Assembly: GCA_040905905.1 (NCBI GenBank) | Contig: JBBDQN010000032.1 | Coordinates: 30,796-94,795 of the forward strand | Source: Acidimicrobiia bacterium | Lineage (GTDB): Bacteria; Actinomycetota; Acidimicrobiia; Spongiisociales; ZC4RG35 | DNA length: 64,000 bases | Direction of reading: 5' to 3' | Shown here: piece by piece, positions 36,211 through 47,925 of the stretch | Position numbering within the stretch: position 1 is the first letter of the stretch | Layout: each line of letters starts with the position of its first letter | The notes under the pieces: generated by a model | The model's input: the letters and a program-made list of their open reading frames with translations, nothing else | The model's database searches: none | What the model was told of the DNA's origin: nothing | Position numbers and translations under genes: made by a program

Positions 36211-37212
36211 GTGGACTTCACTCCCGTCCTCATACTGATACTCGTGCTGGTCGTGGCCGGGTCTGGCTGGTACTTCTGGAGCCGGCAACAAGCAGCGGAC
36301 CAAACTTCGTTTCCGTCTGCGCCCGCCCGCGGGCTCTCCGGTCGTCTTGGCCAGACTCGTTCGGCTTTGGGTGAAGCCCTGGGCCGGGTTTTTCGATCGT
36401 CGAATCTCGACAACCGATTCTGGGAGGAGATCGAGGAGGCGCTGGTAGCCGCCGATGTCGGAGTGGCCGGGGCCGCGGGCGTGGTGGAACGGGTACGCCG
36501 GGCCAAACCAGACGATGTCTCCGAGGCTCGCACCACCCTCAGACACGAATTGGAGTCGGTTTTCGCAGGGGTCGACAGAGCCCTTCATCTCGACGGAGTG
36601 CCGTCTGTCATCCTGGTGGTGGGCGTCAACGGTTCGGGAAAAACTACTTCGATCGCCAAGCTAGCCGGACGCCTGCTGACAGCAGGGAAGCGGCCCCTGC
36701 TAGTGGCTGCCGACACCTTTCGGGCTGCAGCCGACGCTCAACTCCGCACCTGGGCGGAGCGAGTCGGGGTACCGGTGGTGGCCGGCAAAGAAGGGTCGGA
36801 TCCGGCCTCGGTCGCCTTCGACGGCCTCGCTGCGGCCCGAGCCCGCGACAAAGACGTGGTGATCGTTGACACCGCCGGCCGATTGCATTCCAAGCAACAT
36901 CTGATGGCTGAGCTGGCGAAAATCCGGCGGGTGTTGGAACGCGACGGTGCCAGGGTGGCTGAGTCCCTGCTGGTTCTCGACGCCACCACTGGTCAGAACG
37001 GCATCGTTCAGGTGAGGGAATTCGCCCAGAGCGTCGGTCTGACAGGGATCATCCTGACCAAACTCGATGGGACCGCCCGCGGCGGGATCGTGGTCGCGGT
37101 TGAACAGGACCTTGGGGTGCCCGTCAAGTTCGTAGGGGTGGGAGAAGGTATCGATGACCTGATTCCGTTCGACCCGGCCGAGTTCGTCACCGAGTTGTTG
37201 GCCGACGCATGA
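36211..37212 (+). CDS. ftsY: signal recognition particle receptor FtsY (N-terminal TM anchor)
   Basis: GVNGSGKTTSIAKLA, DTAGRL, TKLDGTARGG. Confidence 0.92.
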   Translation: MDFTPVLILILVLVVAGSGWYFWSRQQAADQTSFPSAPARGLSGRLGQTRSALGEALGRVFRSSNLDNRFWEEIEEALVAADVGVAGAAGVVERVRRAKPDDVSEARTTLRHELESVFAGVDRALHLDGVPSVILVVGVNGSGKTTSIAKLAGRLLTAGKRPLLVAADTFRAAADAQLRTWAERVGVPVVAGKEGSDPASVAFDGLAAARARDKDVVIVDTAGRLHSKQHLMAELAKIRRVLERDGARVAESLLVLDATTGQNGIVQVREFAQSVGLTGIILTKLDGTARGGIVVAVEQDLGVPVKFVGVGEGIDDLIPFDPAEFVTELLADA

Positions 37213-37595
37213 GTCCCGATGATCTCGTCGCGGCGGCCCGGGAGGCAGCGCTGAAGGCGTACGCGCCCTACTCGGGGTTCCGGGTGGGGGCAGCGGTGCT
37301 GGCTGATGACGGTCGAGTCTTCACCGGGGCGAACGTCGAGAACTCTGCCTACCCGAGCTCGAGTTGCGCCGAAGCGACCGCCGTGGCGCATGCCGCCTCC
37401 GAGGGTATGAGACGAATCACCGCCACTGCGGTGGCGTGCATCGACGCCGCCTCCATCGAGGGGGCGTACCCATGTGGACGCTGCCGGCAGATACTCAGCG
37501 AGTTCGACACCGAGACCGTGTACGTGACTGCTGCCTCCGGCGAGGTCCGTACCCACACTCTCGTCGAACTCCTTCCGCACGGCTTCAAACTCTGA
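37209..37595 (+). CDS. cdd: cytidine deaminase
   Basis: CAEATAVAHA and PCGRCRQ zinc-binding motifs. 128 aa. Confidence 0.88.
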   Translation: MSPDDLVAAAREAALKAYAPYSGFRVGAAVLADDGRVFTGANVENSAYPSSSCAEATAVAHAASEGMRRITATAVACIDAASIEGAYPCGRCRQILSEFDTETVYVTAASGEVRTHTLVELLPHGFKL

Positions 37596-37772
37596 GACAG
37601 ACCATCTAGAGTGCGCCTACGGCGATGCCCGTCGCCGAAGCCCAGAGCGGGTGCCTGCACCACCCGCCGCAGATGGGACAAAGGGGATCGAGTCCCCGGG
37701 CATGAACCTGCCGACGATGTCTTCATGCCGCCGGATTGGATGTGCGGGGTCTGATTTGGTGGTGGAGGAGAC

Positions 37773-38747
37773 ATGACTCAGAACAAACACTTCAAAGCCC
37801 TCGTTCGGGCGCGTATGGCAAAAACCGGCGAGAGCTACTCGATCTCGCGAAGCCACCTTCTGGGCGCTATCAAACCGATCACCCCGGAGTTGGTGGCCGA
37901 GTTCAAGGCTCACGACAGGCATACCTCTTCGCTGGCCTTCGTCCCGGGCAGAGGGGAACTGCTCTCGGGGGGCTTCAGCGGTCAGGCCCGCATCTGGTCG
38001 ACTCATGACTGGTCGTCCACCGGGGAGTTGGTTGGTCACATAGGATCGGTAAACGGTTTTGGCCTTTCCGGCGACGGGACCAGGCTGGTCACGGCTTCGT
38101 CTGACAAATCCGTGCGGCTGTGGGACTTGCCGGCCCGGGCCGAGATCGCCACGCTTGGCAAGCACCGTAAGCCGGTGGTCGCGGTTGACCTCTCCGGCGA
38201 TGGCGACCTCGCAGCCACAGGCTCCTACGACGGCACCGTGGTCATCTGGTCCATCGCAGACTTGAGCGAGATGAATCGGATCAAGGTTGGTGATCGGGTG
38301 AGCTCGGTTTCCTTTCATCCGCTCAAGAACTGGTTGGCGACGGGCAGCGTCAGCAACGAGGTACTGGTGTTGGAACCGGACGGTGGCGAGGTCGCCAGGC
38401 TCGCGACCGGCGGTCCTGTCACCGCCGTCGGTTGGACTGGGGATGGTGAGTTCCTTATCGGGGTGGGCGCCAACATCGCGCGACTCTGGTCTCGCGAGGA
38501 CTGGGAGGCGGTTCGCACGATCGAGGTTGCGACCACCTGGATCGCTCCTTTCGCCGTCAACAACGACTCGTCATTGTTAGCGGTCGGTTGGGAGCACCAC
38601 GTCGGAGTTTGGAAGGTGGACGACGACCAGCCCGCGGCAGTCATAGATGGGTTGCCCAAAGGTGTCTATAACCTCGACTTCTCCGATGACGGCAGGTTGC
38701 TGGCGATGGGCGCGGCCGACGGTAGGGTTCGAGTCTGGCGCCTCTGA
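37773..38747 (+). CDS. WD40-repeat protein with short basic N-terminal motif
   Basis: GGAGGAG RBS. N-terminal KALVRARMAKTGESYSISRSHL. About seven WD-like blades (SDKSVRLWD, YDGTVVIWS, ADGRVRVWR). Confidence 0.75.
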   Translation: MTQNKHFKALVRARMAKTGESYSISRSHLLGAIKPITPELVAEFKAHDRHTSSLAFVPGRGELLSGGFSGQARIWSTHDWSSTGELVGHIGSVNGFGLSGDGTRLVTASSDKSVRLWDLPARAEIATLGKHRKPVVAVDLSGDGDLAATGSYDGTVVIWSIADLSEMNRIKVGDRVSSVSFHPLKNWLATGSVSNEVLVLEPDGGEVARLATGGPVTAVGWTGDGEFLIGVGANIARLWSREDWEAVRTIEVATTWIAPFAVNNDSSLLAVGWEHHVGVWKVDDDQPAAVIDGLPKGVYNLDFSDDGRLLAMGAADGRVRVWRL

Positions 38748-38842
38748 GAGTTTTCCTTCTAGTCCTCGATGCCTTCGATCCGGTCCGGCTGTCGCCGCGT
38801 CTGACACCCAACCTGTGGGGTTGGTCGAATACCGACGGAGCG

Positions 38843-39751
38843 GTGGCCGGGACCGGCCAATCGGTGATGGCTTCGTGCACATATCCCAATCACGCCACTT
38901 TCATCACCGGCCAACCACCCGCGGCTCACGGCATCTACACCAACCATGTGGTTCGTGACGGCAAGGTCCTCGGAGCCTGGGAGGTGGGGCCGGCGGCTCC
39001 TAGCCTGTTTGAAGTATTGAACGAACACGGTACCGAAGCGGTGCTGGGCGACCATCACTTGGTCGGAGTGATGAAGGCAAGGGCGGCTAACCGACATTGG
39101 CCGCCAGATGGAGACGTCACCCTGGTCGACCACGTCGACCTGCTCGGCTATCCCTCCGATGAGGCGGTGTTGCCGCCTCTGCTGAAGGCTCTCGAAGGTG
39201 ATGCAGGACTCGTGGTGGGCTATTTCGGATCGATCGACACCTATTCGCATGTGTACGGGCCAGCATCCGATGAGGCAGCGAATGCCTACCAGCTAGTCGA
39301 TGAGAAATTGGGGATCATTGCCGGAGTGATCAAAGGGCGGTGGGATGACACGGTTCTCATCGTTGTCAGCGATCACGTCCAGGACACCGTGGCCGGTCCT
39401 GGTATCGATCTCCACAGCGCACTCGGAGATGACGTGTTGGTGATCGACGAGGGGAGTGCGGCTCTCATTTCCGGGAGCGTCGACACCGACGTCCTGTCTG
39501 CGATCGATGGAGTGCAAGGTTGGGAGGGCCACCCGGACGGAACCATCCTTGCCTGGTGCGGTCCCGGTCGATACTTCGGGCGTTCGGAAGAACCGGTATT
39601 CCTCGGTATTCACGGTGGCAACCACACCCGCACGCAGATGGCCCTTGTGTCCGGCGGCAACCCTGCCCGTCTGCCGCTCGCGGCCGCCTTGAAAGAAGGC
39701 GCGGTGCCCGCCACATTCTGGGCCAACGCGATCAAACAGCTGATGCTCTAG
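38843..39751 (+). CDS. alkaline-phosphatase-superfamily nucleotide pyrophosphatase/phosphodiesterase; start probably further upstream
   Basis: CTYPNHATFITGQ (Thr nucleophile), IDTYSHVYGP, VVSDHV. The conserved N-terminal metal-ligand strand (LVLDAFDP) is encoded in-frame at 38759-38782, upstream of the first ATG/GTG/TTG. Confidence 0.7.
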   Translation: MAGTGQSVMASCTYPNHATFITGQPPAAHGIYTNHVVRDGKVLGAWEVGPAAPSLFEVLNEHGTEAVLGDHHLVGVMKARAANRHWPPDGDVTLVDHVDLLGYPSDEAVLPPLLKALEGDAGLVVGYFGSIDTYSHVYGPASDEAANAYQLVDEKLGIIAGVIKGRWDDTVLIVVSDHVQDTVAGPGIDLHSALGDDVLVIDEGSAALISGSVDTDVLSAIDGVQGWEGHPDGTILAWCGPGRYFGRSEEPVFLGIHGGNHTRTQMALVSGGNPARLPLAAALKEGAVPATFWANAIKQLML

Positions 39752-39765
39752 TCGGGGTTGGCTTG

Positions 39766-40716
39766 CTATCGATTCTCGAGGGCCTCGATCAGCTTGGGCA
39801 GCACCTTGTGAACGTCGCCCACAATCCCGAGGTCGGCAATTGCGAAGATGGGTGCATCCGGGTCTTTGTTGATGGCGATGATTGTCTTGGCGTCCTTCAT
39901 CCCGACCAGGTGCTGCATGGCCCCGGAGACCCCGGCTGCGATGTAGACCTCAGGCTTGACCGTCTTCCCGGTTTGACCGACCTGCTTGGCATACGGCACC
40001 CAGCCAGCGTCGACGAGGGCGCGGGTGGCGCCGGTGGCAGCGCCGAGGAGCTTTCCCAGTTTTTCTATGAGTTGATAGTTCTCGGGCGAGCCAAGACCCC
40101 TGCCGCCTGACACGATCACCGCGGCGTCTTCGAGCTTGGGTCCCTCGCGCTCTTCGATGTGAGTTTCGATCACCCGCGCGTCCGCCCGACCAACCTCCGC
40201 CGGCTTTTGCTTAGAAACCTGGGGAGCAGCAATGCCCACGGGTGAGGCCGCGAACGACTTGGGTCGAACCAGGACGAGATAGGGCCCCGGGCCGGTGAAA
40301 GCGGCCCCGGCGATCTGGGTGCCGCCGAAGATCTCGTGCGAGGTGGTGGCGGGTCCCTGTTCCAACCCGACATCGATGGCGTTGGAGAGCACGGTCGCTC
40401 CGAGCCGGGCCGCCAGCCGCCCGGCAACGTCCCGATCGTCGTACGCCTGGCCAAAGAGAATCAGGTCCGGCGCTTGGACTTGAGCCATCTCGGCCAGGGC
40501 ATGGGCCACGGGCGCTGCAACCAGATGGTCACCAGGATCGAAGTGGAACACCTTCCGCGCCCCGTACTCCCCGAGGGTGGCGAACGCCGCATCGGAGCCG
40601 ACGCCCACGTAGATGACGGCCACCTCACCGAGGTCGCGCGCCTTGGTCATCAACTCGAGGCTCAGGGTCGAAGGACCGTTGTCGACCTCACGAGAAAAGA
40701 CCCAGACCGATGCCAT
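39766..40716 (-). CDS. etfA: electron transfer flavoprotein alpha subunit
   Basis: C-terminal FAD-binding region GGRGLG...[16 protein letters not shown]...[13 protein letters not shown]. Confidence 0.9.
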   Translation of the reverse strand: MASVWVFSREVDNGPSTLSLELMTKARDLGEVAVIYVGVGSDAAFATLGEYGARKVFHFDPGDHLVAAPVAHALAEMAQVQAPDLILFGQAYDDRDVAGRLAARLGATVLSNAIDVGLEQGPATTSHEIFGGTQIAGAAFTGPGPYLVLVRPKSFAASPVGIAAPQVSKQKPAEVGRADARVIETHIEEREGPKLEDAAVIVSGGRGLGSPENYQLIEKLGKLLGAATGATRALVDAGWVPYAKQVGQTGKTVKPEVYIAAGVSGAMQHLVGMKDAKTIIAINKDPDAPIFAIADLGIVGDVHKVLPKLIEALENR

Positions 40717-40717
40717 C

Positions 40718-41476
40718 TCAGATCACCTTTCTCTGGGCGAGCAATTCGACGATCTTGAGATATGCCTCACCGTCATCTTCGATCTTGGCCCCGGCGACCC
40801 GGCTGGCTGCTGCTGTGACCGTCGTCACCTTCTGGCCGATCTCGGCCGGGATCCCGAGGTCGGCCAGAGTGTGTGTCTCCACCGGCTTCTTCTTGGCCTC
40901 CATGATCCCCTTGAAGGTCGGATATCGGGGTTCGACCACCCCGGCGGTCACGCTGACGACGGCAGGTAGCGAGGCCTCTACAACCTCGTATCCGGTGTTG
41001 GTCTGTCGATGGATTGTGACGCTTCCGTCGCCAACTTGAACACTGGTGGCATAGGTGAGCGCCGGGACGTCCAGGAACTCGGCCACCATCTGTGGCACGA
41101 CCCCCGAGTAGCCGTCGGTCGACTCGGTGCCGGCTATGACCAAGTCAAAACCCTCCCTGGAGATCACTGCCGCCAGCACACGTGCGGTCAGGAGGGCATC
41201 GGACCCGCGTAGTTCCGGGTCGTCGACGACGATGGCTTTGTCAGCGCCCATCGCCAGGGCTTGACGGATGCCCTGCATAGTGCCGGTCGGGCCCATCGAG
41301 ACCAGGGTGACCGTGCCGCCGGCCGCCTGGGCAAGCTGTAATCCCATCTCGACGCCATAGCGGTCGGTGTCATCGAGAACCTGTTCCCCGGGCCGCACCA
41401 GCCAGTGGCTGTCCGGTTCGAGCTTGTATTCGGTGGCGGGATCGGGGATCTGTTTGGCGCAGACGACCACACGCAT
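40718..41476 (-). CDS. etfB: electron transfer flavoprotein beta subunit
   Basis: [12 protein letters not shown]..., [12 protein letters not shown]. Directly upstream of etfA. Confidence 0.9.
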   Translation of the reverse strand: MRVVVCAKQIPDPATEYKLEPDSHWLVRPGEQVLDDTDRYGVEMGLQLAQAAGGTVTLVSMGPTGTMQGIRQALAMGADKAIVVDDPELRGSDALLTARVLAAVISREGFDLVIAGTESTDGYSGVVPQMVAEFLDVPALTYATSVQVGDGSVTIHRQTNTGYEVVEASLPAVVSVTAGVVEPRYPTFKGIMEAKKKPVETHTLADLGIPAEIGQKVTTVTAAASRVAGAKIEDDGEAYLKIVELLAQRKVI

Positions 41477-41499
41477 TTCGATGAAGAACTCCTCTTCTG

Positions 41500-42390
41500 A
41501 TGGCGGCGATCGTACGCATCCGGACCGGACCGGACAATCCAGTCCGCCTCTACGCTGCCGCCCTCATGTCCGTGGTGCTCGCCCTGCTGGCCTCCCTCAC
41601 TTATGGCGTGGCCGACTTTCTCGGAGGATTGATGGGCCGCAAGGTTCCGGTCCTCACCGTGGTGTTGTGGTCGCAATCCGCTGGATTGATCCTGGCGATC
41701 ATGGCGGCAGTGGCGTTCCCTGCCGAGTCCGTGGGCGCAAGCGACTTCTGGTGGGGCGCCGGCGCCGGACTGGTCGGGACGATGGGGCTGTTCTACCTCT
41801 ACAAAGGCCTGGCCGAGGGTCGTATGGCGGTCGTATCGCCGGTGACGGCCCTCGTGGGTGCGGTGGTGCCTTTGGGAATCGGTCTGGCGATCGGCGAGCG
41901 GCCGGAGATGATCGACGGGATCGGCATCATCCTGGCGCTCCCTTCGATCTGGCTGGTGGCGGCGGCTTCTCATTCCAGCACCGGAGCCAAGGGAGGGGCC
42001 CGCTATGGCGTGATCGCCGGGACCGGGTTCGGGCTGTTCTTCGCTGCCATCGCTCAGACAGGTGCCGAGTCGGGGTTCTGGCCATTGGTCGGGGCGAGGC
42101 TGTCCCAGGTTGCGGTCGTGGCGTTGGTGGCCGGGATCCGTGGCATGTCCGCCCCCCACCGCGACACCAGGCTGGGTCTGCTGGCGGTAGGAGCGGGCGA
42201 CATCCTTGCCAACGTGTTTCTGCTTCTGGCCTTTCGCTCGGGTCTGTTAACGGTTGTCTCGGTGCTCGCCTCCCTCTATCCGGGGATCACGGTCCTGCTG
42301 GCGGTGGCGATACTCCATGAACCGATCGGCCGCCGTCAATGGTGGGGTCTGGGCCTAGCCCTGGTGGCGGTTGGCCTGATCGCGGTATGA
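41500..42390 (+). CDS. EamA/DMT-family transporter
   Basis: Ten hydrophobic helices. SLTYGVADFLGG start-region motif. The true start may be ATG 41566. Confidence 0.7.
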   Translation: MAAIVRIRTGPDNPVRLYAAALMSVVLALLASLTYGVADFLGGLMGRKVPVLTVVLWSQSAGLILAIMAAVAFPAESVGASDFWWGAGAGLVGTMGLFYLYKGLAEGRMAVVSPVTALVGAVVPLGIGLAIGERPEMIDGIGIILALPSIWLVAAASHSSTGAKGGARYGVIAGTGFGLFFAAIAQTGAESGFWPLVGARLSQVAVVALVAGIRGMSAPHRDTRLGLLAVGAGDILANVFLLLAFRSGLLTVVSVLASLYPGITVLLAVAILHEPIGRRQWWGLGLALVAVGLIAV

Positions 42391-42400
42391 GCCGTTAGAA

Positions 42401-42461
42401 CCCCGTTTTGGCGCGTAGTTCTGCTCCCAGGGTGTCGTTTCTACGCGCCAAAACCGAAGGG
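42401..42461. repeat. palindromic intergenic repeat, copy 1
   Basis: GTTTTGGCGCGTAG (42405-18) pairs perfectly with CTACGCGCCAAAAC (42441-54) around a 22-nt loop. The arm plus loop matches the reverse complement of 47862-47920. Confidence 0.8.
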
Positions 42462-42468
42462 TCGGAGG

Positions 42469-43769
<1,301 letters not shown>

Positions 43770-43773
<4 letters not shown>

Positions 43774-44939
43774 GAGAGCTCGGCGAGGAAAGACTTTCCG
43801 CGTGCTGGCATCGGCAGCTTCAGACCCTCGGCGATCGTGGCGGCTATGTCGCAGTATTGATCCCTGATCCCGAGGTCGACGCCGGCGCCATTCATTCCCG
43901 CCACCAGCAGTGGAACGTACTCCCGGGTGTGGTCGGTGGAGCCGTCAGTGGGGTCATTGCCGTGGTCGGCGGTGATAAAGAGCAGGTCGTCTGCGATGAG
44001 CTCTGTAACCAGGGCCGGGATATAGGAATCGATCAGAGCGAGACCCTGGGCGTAGCCCGAGGGGTTCTCGCGGTGGCCGTAGGTCATGTCGAGGTCGACC
44101 AGGTTGGTGAAGATGATCCCCGGCCCGTCCCGGGTCTTCAAGGCCTCGATCGTGTGCCGAAGTCCGTCTTCGTCGCCTTCGGTGTGGACCGCGCTGGTGA
44201 GGCCGCACCCTGCAAAGAGATCTTCGATCTTGCCGATGCCGTGCACCGAGAGCCCGGCCTCTTTGGCGTGATCGAGCAAGGTCGGCGAGTGTGGCTCCAT
44301 GGCGAAGTCGTGCCGCTCGTAGGTCCTTTTGAAGTTGCCGGGTTCTCCTTCGAAGGGGCGGGCGATCACTCTTCCGATCTGATATCGATTGGCGTGTTTG
44401 CGGGCGATGCGGCTGATCCGGTAGAGCTCTTCGAGGGGAATGACACTCTTGTGGGCGGCGATCTGAAACACCGAGTCGGCCGACGTGTAGAGGATCGGGC
44501 GGCCCGTGGCGATGTGCTCGGGGCCAAGCTCGTCGAGAATGACGGTGCCTGATGCCGCGTAGTTGCCAATGAAGCGATGACCCGACTCCTCCTCGACCGC
44601 TTGCACGAGTTCGGGCGGGAAACCGGTGTCGGTGAAGGTTGCCTGGGCGTCAATTGTGACGATCCCGGCGATCTCCCAGTGACCGGTGGTGGAGTCTTTG
44701 CCTGCCGAGGCTTCGGTCAGCTTCCCATAGGCCATCGATGGCTTTGCAACCGGTGGCACTCCCTTGATGGAACCGTGGAGATTTCCGAGACCTGCCTGCT
44801 CGAGGTTCGGCAGATCCAACCCGCCTACCACCGCCGCCGCGTGTCCCAGGGTGTCGGACCCCTCATCGCCGTAGTCGGCGGCATCGGGAGCTTCCCCGGC
44901 GCCGCACGAATCCATCACCAGGATGATCCCGCGCTTCAT
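43770..44939 (-). CDS. deoB: phosphopentomutase
   Basis: Trimmed to ATG 44939: MKRGIILVMDSCGAGEAPDA..., NLVDLDMTYGHR, ITADHGNDP. Confidence 0.9.
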
Positions 44940-45184
44940 CGCAGGTGAGTCCCTTCGCTGCGAAGCAGTTCCGCCTGTTCGCGTGGATTGGGTGACACCA
45001 GACGGCCTCCATGACCAACCACTCTCCACCACGGCACTTCCTCATCGGTCTGGGAGAGAATCCGGCCGACACCGCGGGCTCGACCGGGATAGCCGGCCAG
45101 CTCAGCCACCTCGCCATAGGTGACGATTTCGCCCCGGCGCAGAGAGCGCAGAACCTCCAAAACCGCGGCTTCGAACTCGGTCAT
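44936..45184 (-). CDS. MGMT-family DNA-binding protein lacking the acceptor Cys (alkyltransferase-like, ATL)
   Basis: Trimmed to ATG 45184: ...GEIVTYGEVAELAGYPGRARGVGRIL...VPWWRVV, where true MGMT has PCHRV. ATGA overlaps on both sides. Confidence 0.65.
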   Translation of the reverse strand: MTEFEAAVLEVLRSLRRGEIVTYGEVAELAGYPGRARGVGRILSQTDEEVPWWRVVGHGGRLVSPNPREQAELLRSEGTHLR

Positions 45185-45801
45185 GCCGTTCCGAATAACC
45201 GGTCGCCCATGTCGCCCAGACCCGGGCGGATGTAGAAATTCTCGTTGAGGTCGCGGTCGATCGCGGTCGTCACGATCCGCACATCCGGGTGGCGTTCTTC
45301 CATGAAGGCGATTCCTTCCGGCGCCGAAACCACACAGACTGCAGTGATGTCTGAGGCTCCATGCCGCTTCACCTGATCGCATGCCCATGCCAACGATCCT
45401 CCGGTGGCGAGCATCGGTTCCAGGATCAGCACCCGGGCATCGGTCATGGTCGGAAACTTCGTGTAGTACTCCATAGGTTCGGCCGTTTCTTCGTTGCGCT
45501 GGACCCCCGCATAGCCGATGCGGGCGTTGGGAATCAGGTCGGTGGCGGCGTCGATCAATCCGAGACCGGCCCGGAAGACTGCGACCACAACTATCGGCTT
45601 CCCGAGAACTGTGGCGGTAGTGGGCTCAAGCGGCGTTTCGATCTCTTTCTGGGCCCGGGGTAGGTCCGAAGTGGCCTCGGCGACGAGGAGATAGGCCAGC
45701 CGGCGGGCCGTTTCCCTGAACAACGGAGTCGCGGTGGTGCGATCGCGCAGCGTCGTCAGATAGTGCTGGGCCAGCGGGTGATCGACCTGAGTGACGGGCA
45801 T
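45181..45801 (-). CDS. upp: uracil phosphoribosyltransferase
   Basis: Trimmed to ATG 45801: MPVTQVDHPLAQHYLTTLRD..., LILEPMLATGGS, YIRPGLGDMGDRLFG. Confidence 0.9.
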   Translation of the reverse strand: MPVTQVDHPLAQHYLTTLRDRTTATPLFRETARRLAYLLVAEATSDLPRAQKEIETPLEPTTATVLGKPIVVVAVFRAGLGLIDAATDLIPNARIGYAGVQRNEETAEPMEYYTKFPTMTDARVLILEPMLATGGSLAWACDQVKRHGASDITAVCVVSAPEGIAFMEERHPDVRIVTTAIDRDLNENFYIRPGLGDMGDRLFGTA

Positions 45802-45838
45802 CGGGCGAGCGTAGCGACCCGCGCTCAGCCGGTACCCT

Positions 45839-47857
45839 GTGGCCATGGCCACCCGCACGATTCTCGGCACCTGTCACCACGATTGCCCCGACACCTGCGG
45901 TTGGGTGGTGACCGTCGAGGACACCAAGGCCGTCAAGTTGCGAGGAAACCCCGACCACCCGTACTCCCGGGGTGAGCTGTGCCCGAAGGTGAACTCGTTC
46001 CTCGATCGGGTGTATCACCCCGATCGCCTCCTTCATCCAATGATCCGCGTCGGTCCCAAAGGTGGGGGAGAGTTTCGTCACGCATCTTGGGACGAGGCCC
46101 TGACGATGACCGCGGATCGGCTGCAAGAAGTCATCGCGACGTACGGTGGCGAGTCGATCCTCCCGTGGTGGGATGCTGGCACCCAGGGGCTGATCCAGAT
46201 GTCCTCTCTCGATCGTCGCTTCTTTGCCCGGCTTGGAGCCTCCCGGCTCACCGGGTCTCTATGCGGGGCAACGGCCAGGGCCGGTTTGGCTGCCACCTAT
46301 GGCTCCGGCAAAAGCGCCGACCCAATGGATGTCAGGTTTTCGAAGTTCATCGTCCTCTGGGGGACCAACACCCGTCTGACCAATCGTCATCTGTGGCCGT
46401 TCATCGAGCAGGCCCGGGCGGCCGGAGCCGAGGTGGTGGTGATCGATCCGATTCGCACCATGACGGCCCTGTCGGCCGACTGGTTCATCCAACCGCTGCC
46501 AGGTACCGACGTCGCCTTCATGCTGGCGGTCATGAACGTGTTGATCCGCGACGATTTGGTAGACCAGGACTATGTCGATCGTCACGCGCTCGGGTTTGAA
46601 GATCTCGCTACCAGGGTCGGGGAGTGGCCCCCGGAACGCGCAGCCGGCGTTTGTGGAATAGAGGCCGCCGAGATCGAACGATTCGCACGCGCTTATGGCA
46701 CCCGTCGCCCGACCTTCATCCGCACCCTGATCGGAGCCGAACACCGCGAACGTGGCGCTATGTTCTATCGGACGCTGGCGTGCCTACCGGTCCTGACAGG
46801 CGCCTGGAAGGACAGGGGCGGCGGTCTGTCAAGATCGGTCGGGGTGTGGTCGGAGGATCAGGCCGACGACTCCGTCTTCGACGTTCCTTCCGGGACCCGC
46901 CAGATCAGCATGAACCATTTGGGGCGGGTGTTGACCGACCCGACCGTGGGTATCCGTGCCCTATTTGTCTGGAATGGCAACCCGGTCGTGTCGGTGCCCA
47001 ACGCCACCCAAACCAGGAAAGGCCTGGTCCGGGAGGATCTCTTCACAGTGGTCAGCGAACAATTTATGACCGATACAGCGATGTTCGCCGATGTCGTGTT
47101 GCCAGCCACCACCGAACTCGAACATCTCGACGTCATCCCCTCGTGGGGTCATCTGTACCTGGGATGGAACCAACCTGCGATACCCCCGGTGGGCGAGTCG
47201 ATACCCAACACCGAGTTGTTTCGGCGGCTGGCCGGGGCGATGGGATTCGATGACCCGGAGTTCGCCATGGACGACGAGGCTCTCCTCCGCTCGGCCCTGG
47301 TCGACGTGGATATCGAGTTGTTGCAAAAGCAGGGATGGGTGCGTCTCGACCTGCCCGAAGACCTGCGGCCCTACGCCACGGGTGGGTATGCCACCGCCTC
47401 GGGTAGGGCCGAACTGCGCGCCGATGGGCTCGCCGCCATCGGACAGGACCCGTTGCCCTCCTATGAGCCGGCCCGCGAAGGTCCTGGCGGCGACCCCGAC
47501 TTGTTTGCCAAATATCCGCTGGTCCTGCTGAGCCCCAAGAATCACACCCGCTTTCTCAACAGTTCGTACTCACATCAGCACGGCCATCTCGAGAAGGGCC
47601 CGTTCGTGGAGATCGACCCCGCCGACGCCGCCGATCGGGGCATCGACGAAGGCGACCTTGTCTGTATCACCAACGATCGATCCACTCTGAAATTGCCAGC
47701 GCGGCTGTCGACAAGACTGCGACCGGGAGTGGTGGCGATCCCCTGGGGCTGGTGGAGTGAAGGCGCCAACGTCAACACACTGACCAACGACACCCTCACC
47801 GATTGGGGCGGCGGCGTTGCCTTCTTCGACACGCTGGTCGAGGTGTCGGGCGCCTGA
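45839..47857 (+). CDS. molybdopterin (MopB-family) oxidoreductase with N-terminal 4Fe-4S motif
   Basis: CHHDCPDTCGW cluster motif, a molybdopterin-binding core, and a C-terminal beta-barrel (VEIDPADAADRGI...). Substrate unknown. Confidence 0.8.
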   Translation: MAMATRTILGTCHHDCPDTCGWVVTVEDTKAVKLRGNPDHPYSRGELCPKVNSFLDRVYHPDRLLHPMIRVGPKGGGEFRHASWDEALTMTADRLQEVIATYGGESILPWWDAGTQGLIQMSSLDRRFFARLGASRLTGSLCGATARAGLAATYGSGKSADPMDVRFSKFIVLWGTNTRLTNRHLWPFIEQARAAGAEVVVIDPIRTMTALSADWFIQPLPGTDVAFMLAVMNVLIRDDLVDQDYVDRHALGFEDLATRVGEWPPERAAGVCGIEAAEIERFARAYGTRRPTFIRTLIGAEHRERGAMFYRTLACLPVLTGAWKDRGGGLSRSVGVWSEDQADDSVFDVPSGTRQISMNHLGRVLTDPTVGIRALFVWNGNPVVSVPNATQTRKGLVREDLFTVVSEQFMTDTAMFADVVLPATTELEHLDVIPSWGHLYLGWNQPAIPPVGESIPNTELFRRLAGAMGFDDPEFAMDDEALLRSALVDVDIELLQKQGWVRLDLPEDLRPYATGGYATASGRAELRADGLAAIGQDPLPSYEPAREGPGGDPDLFAKYPLVLLSPKNHTRFLNSSYSHQHGHLEKGPFVEIDPADAADRGIDEGDLVCITNDRSTLKLPARLSTRLRPGVVAIPWGWWSEGANVNTLTNDTLTDWGGGVAFFDTLVEVSGA

Positions 47858-47861
47858 CCTT

Positions 47862-47920
47862 CCCCGTTTTGGTTCGGAAGATCGACACCAGGGGAGCAGG
47901 ACTACGCGCCAAAACGAGGG
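47862..47920. repeat. palindromic intergenic repeat, copy 2 (inverted, one arm degenerate)
   Basis: The reverse complement reads CGTTTTGGCGCGTAGTCCTGCTCCCCTGGTGTCG... Copy 1 reads CGTTTTGGCGCGTAGTTCTGCTCCCAGGGTGTCG... Confidence 0.75.
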
Positions 47921-47925
47921 TTTTG

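Noticed and set aside
38726-38747. Programmed frameshift fusing the WD40 protein to the phosphodiesterase
   Set aside because: There is no slippery heptamer (X XXY YYZ) in the 20-nt interval where a -1 shift would have to occur. Non-canonical initiation or a sequence error is the simpler explanation.
41188-42320. 323-aa minus and 317-aa plus ORFs overlapping the EamA transporter gene
   Set aside because: These are Arg/Gly/Pro/His-rich alternative frames of a GC-rich membrane-protein gene. The 41500..42390 frame gives ten clean hydrophobic helices.
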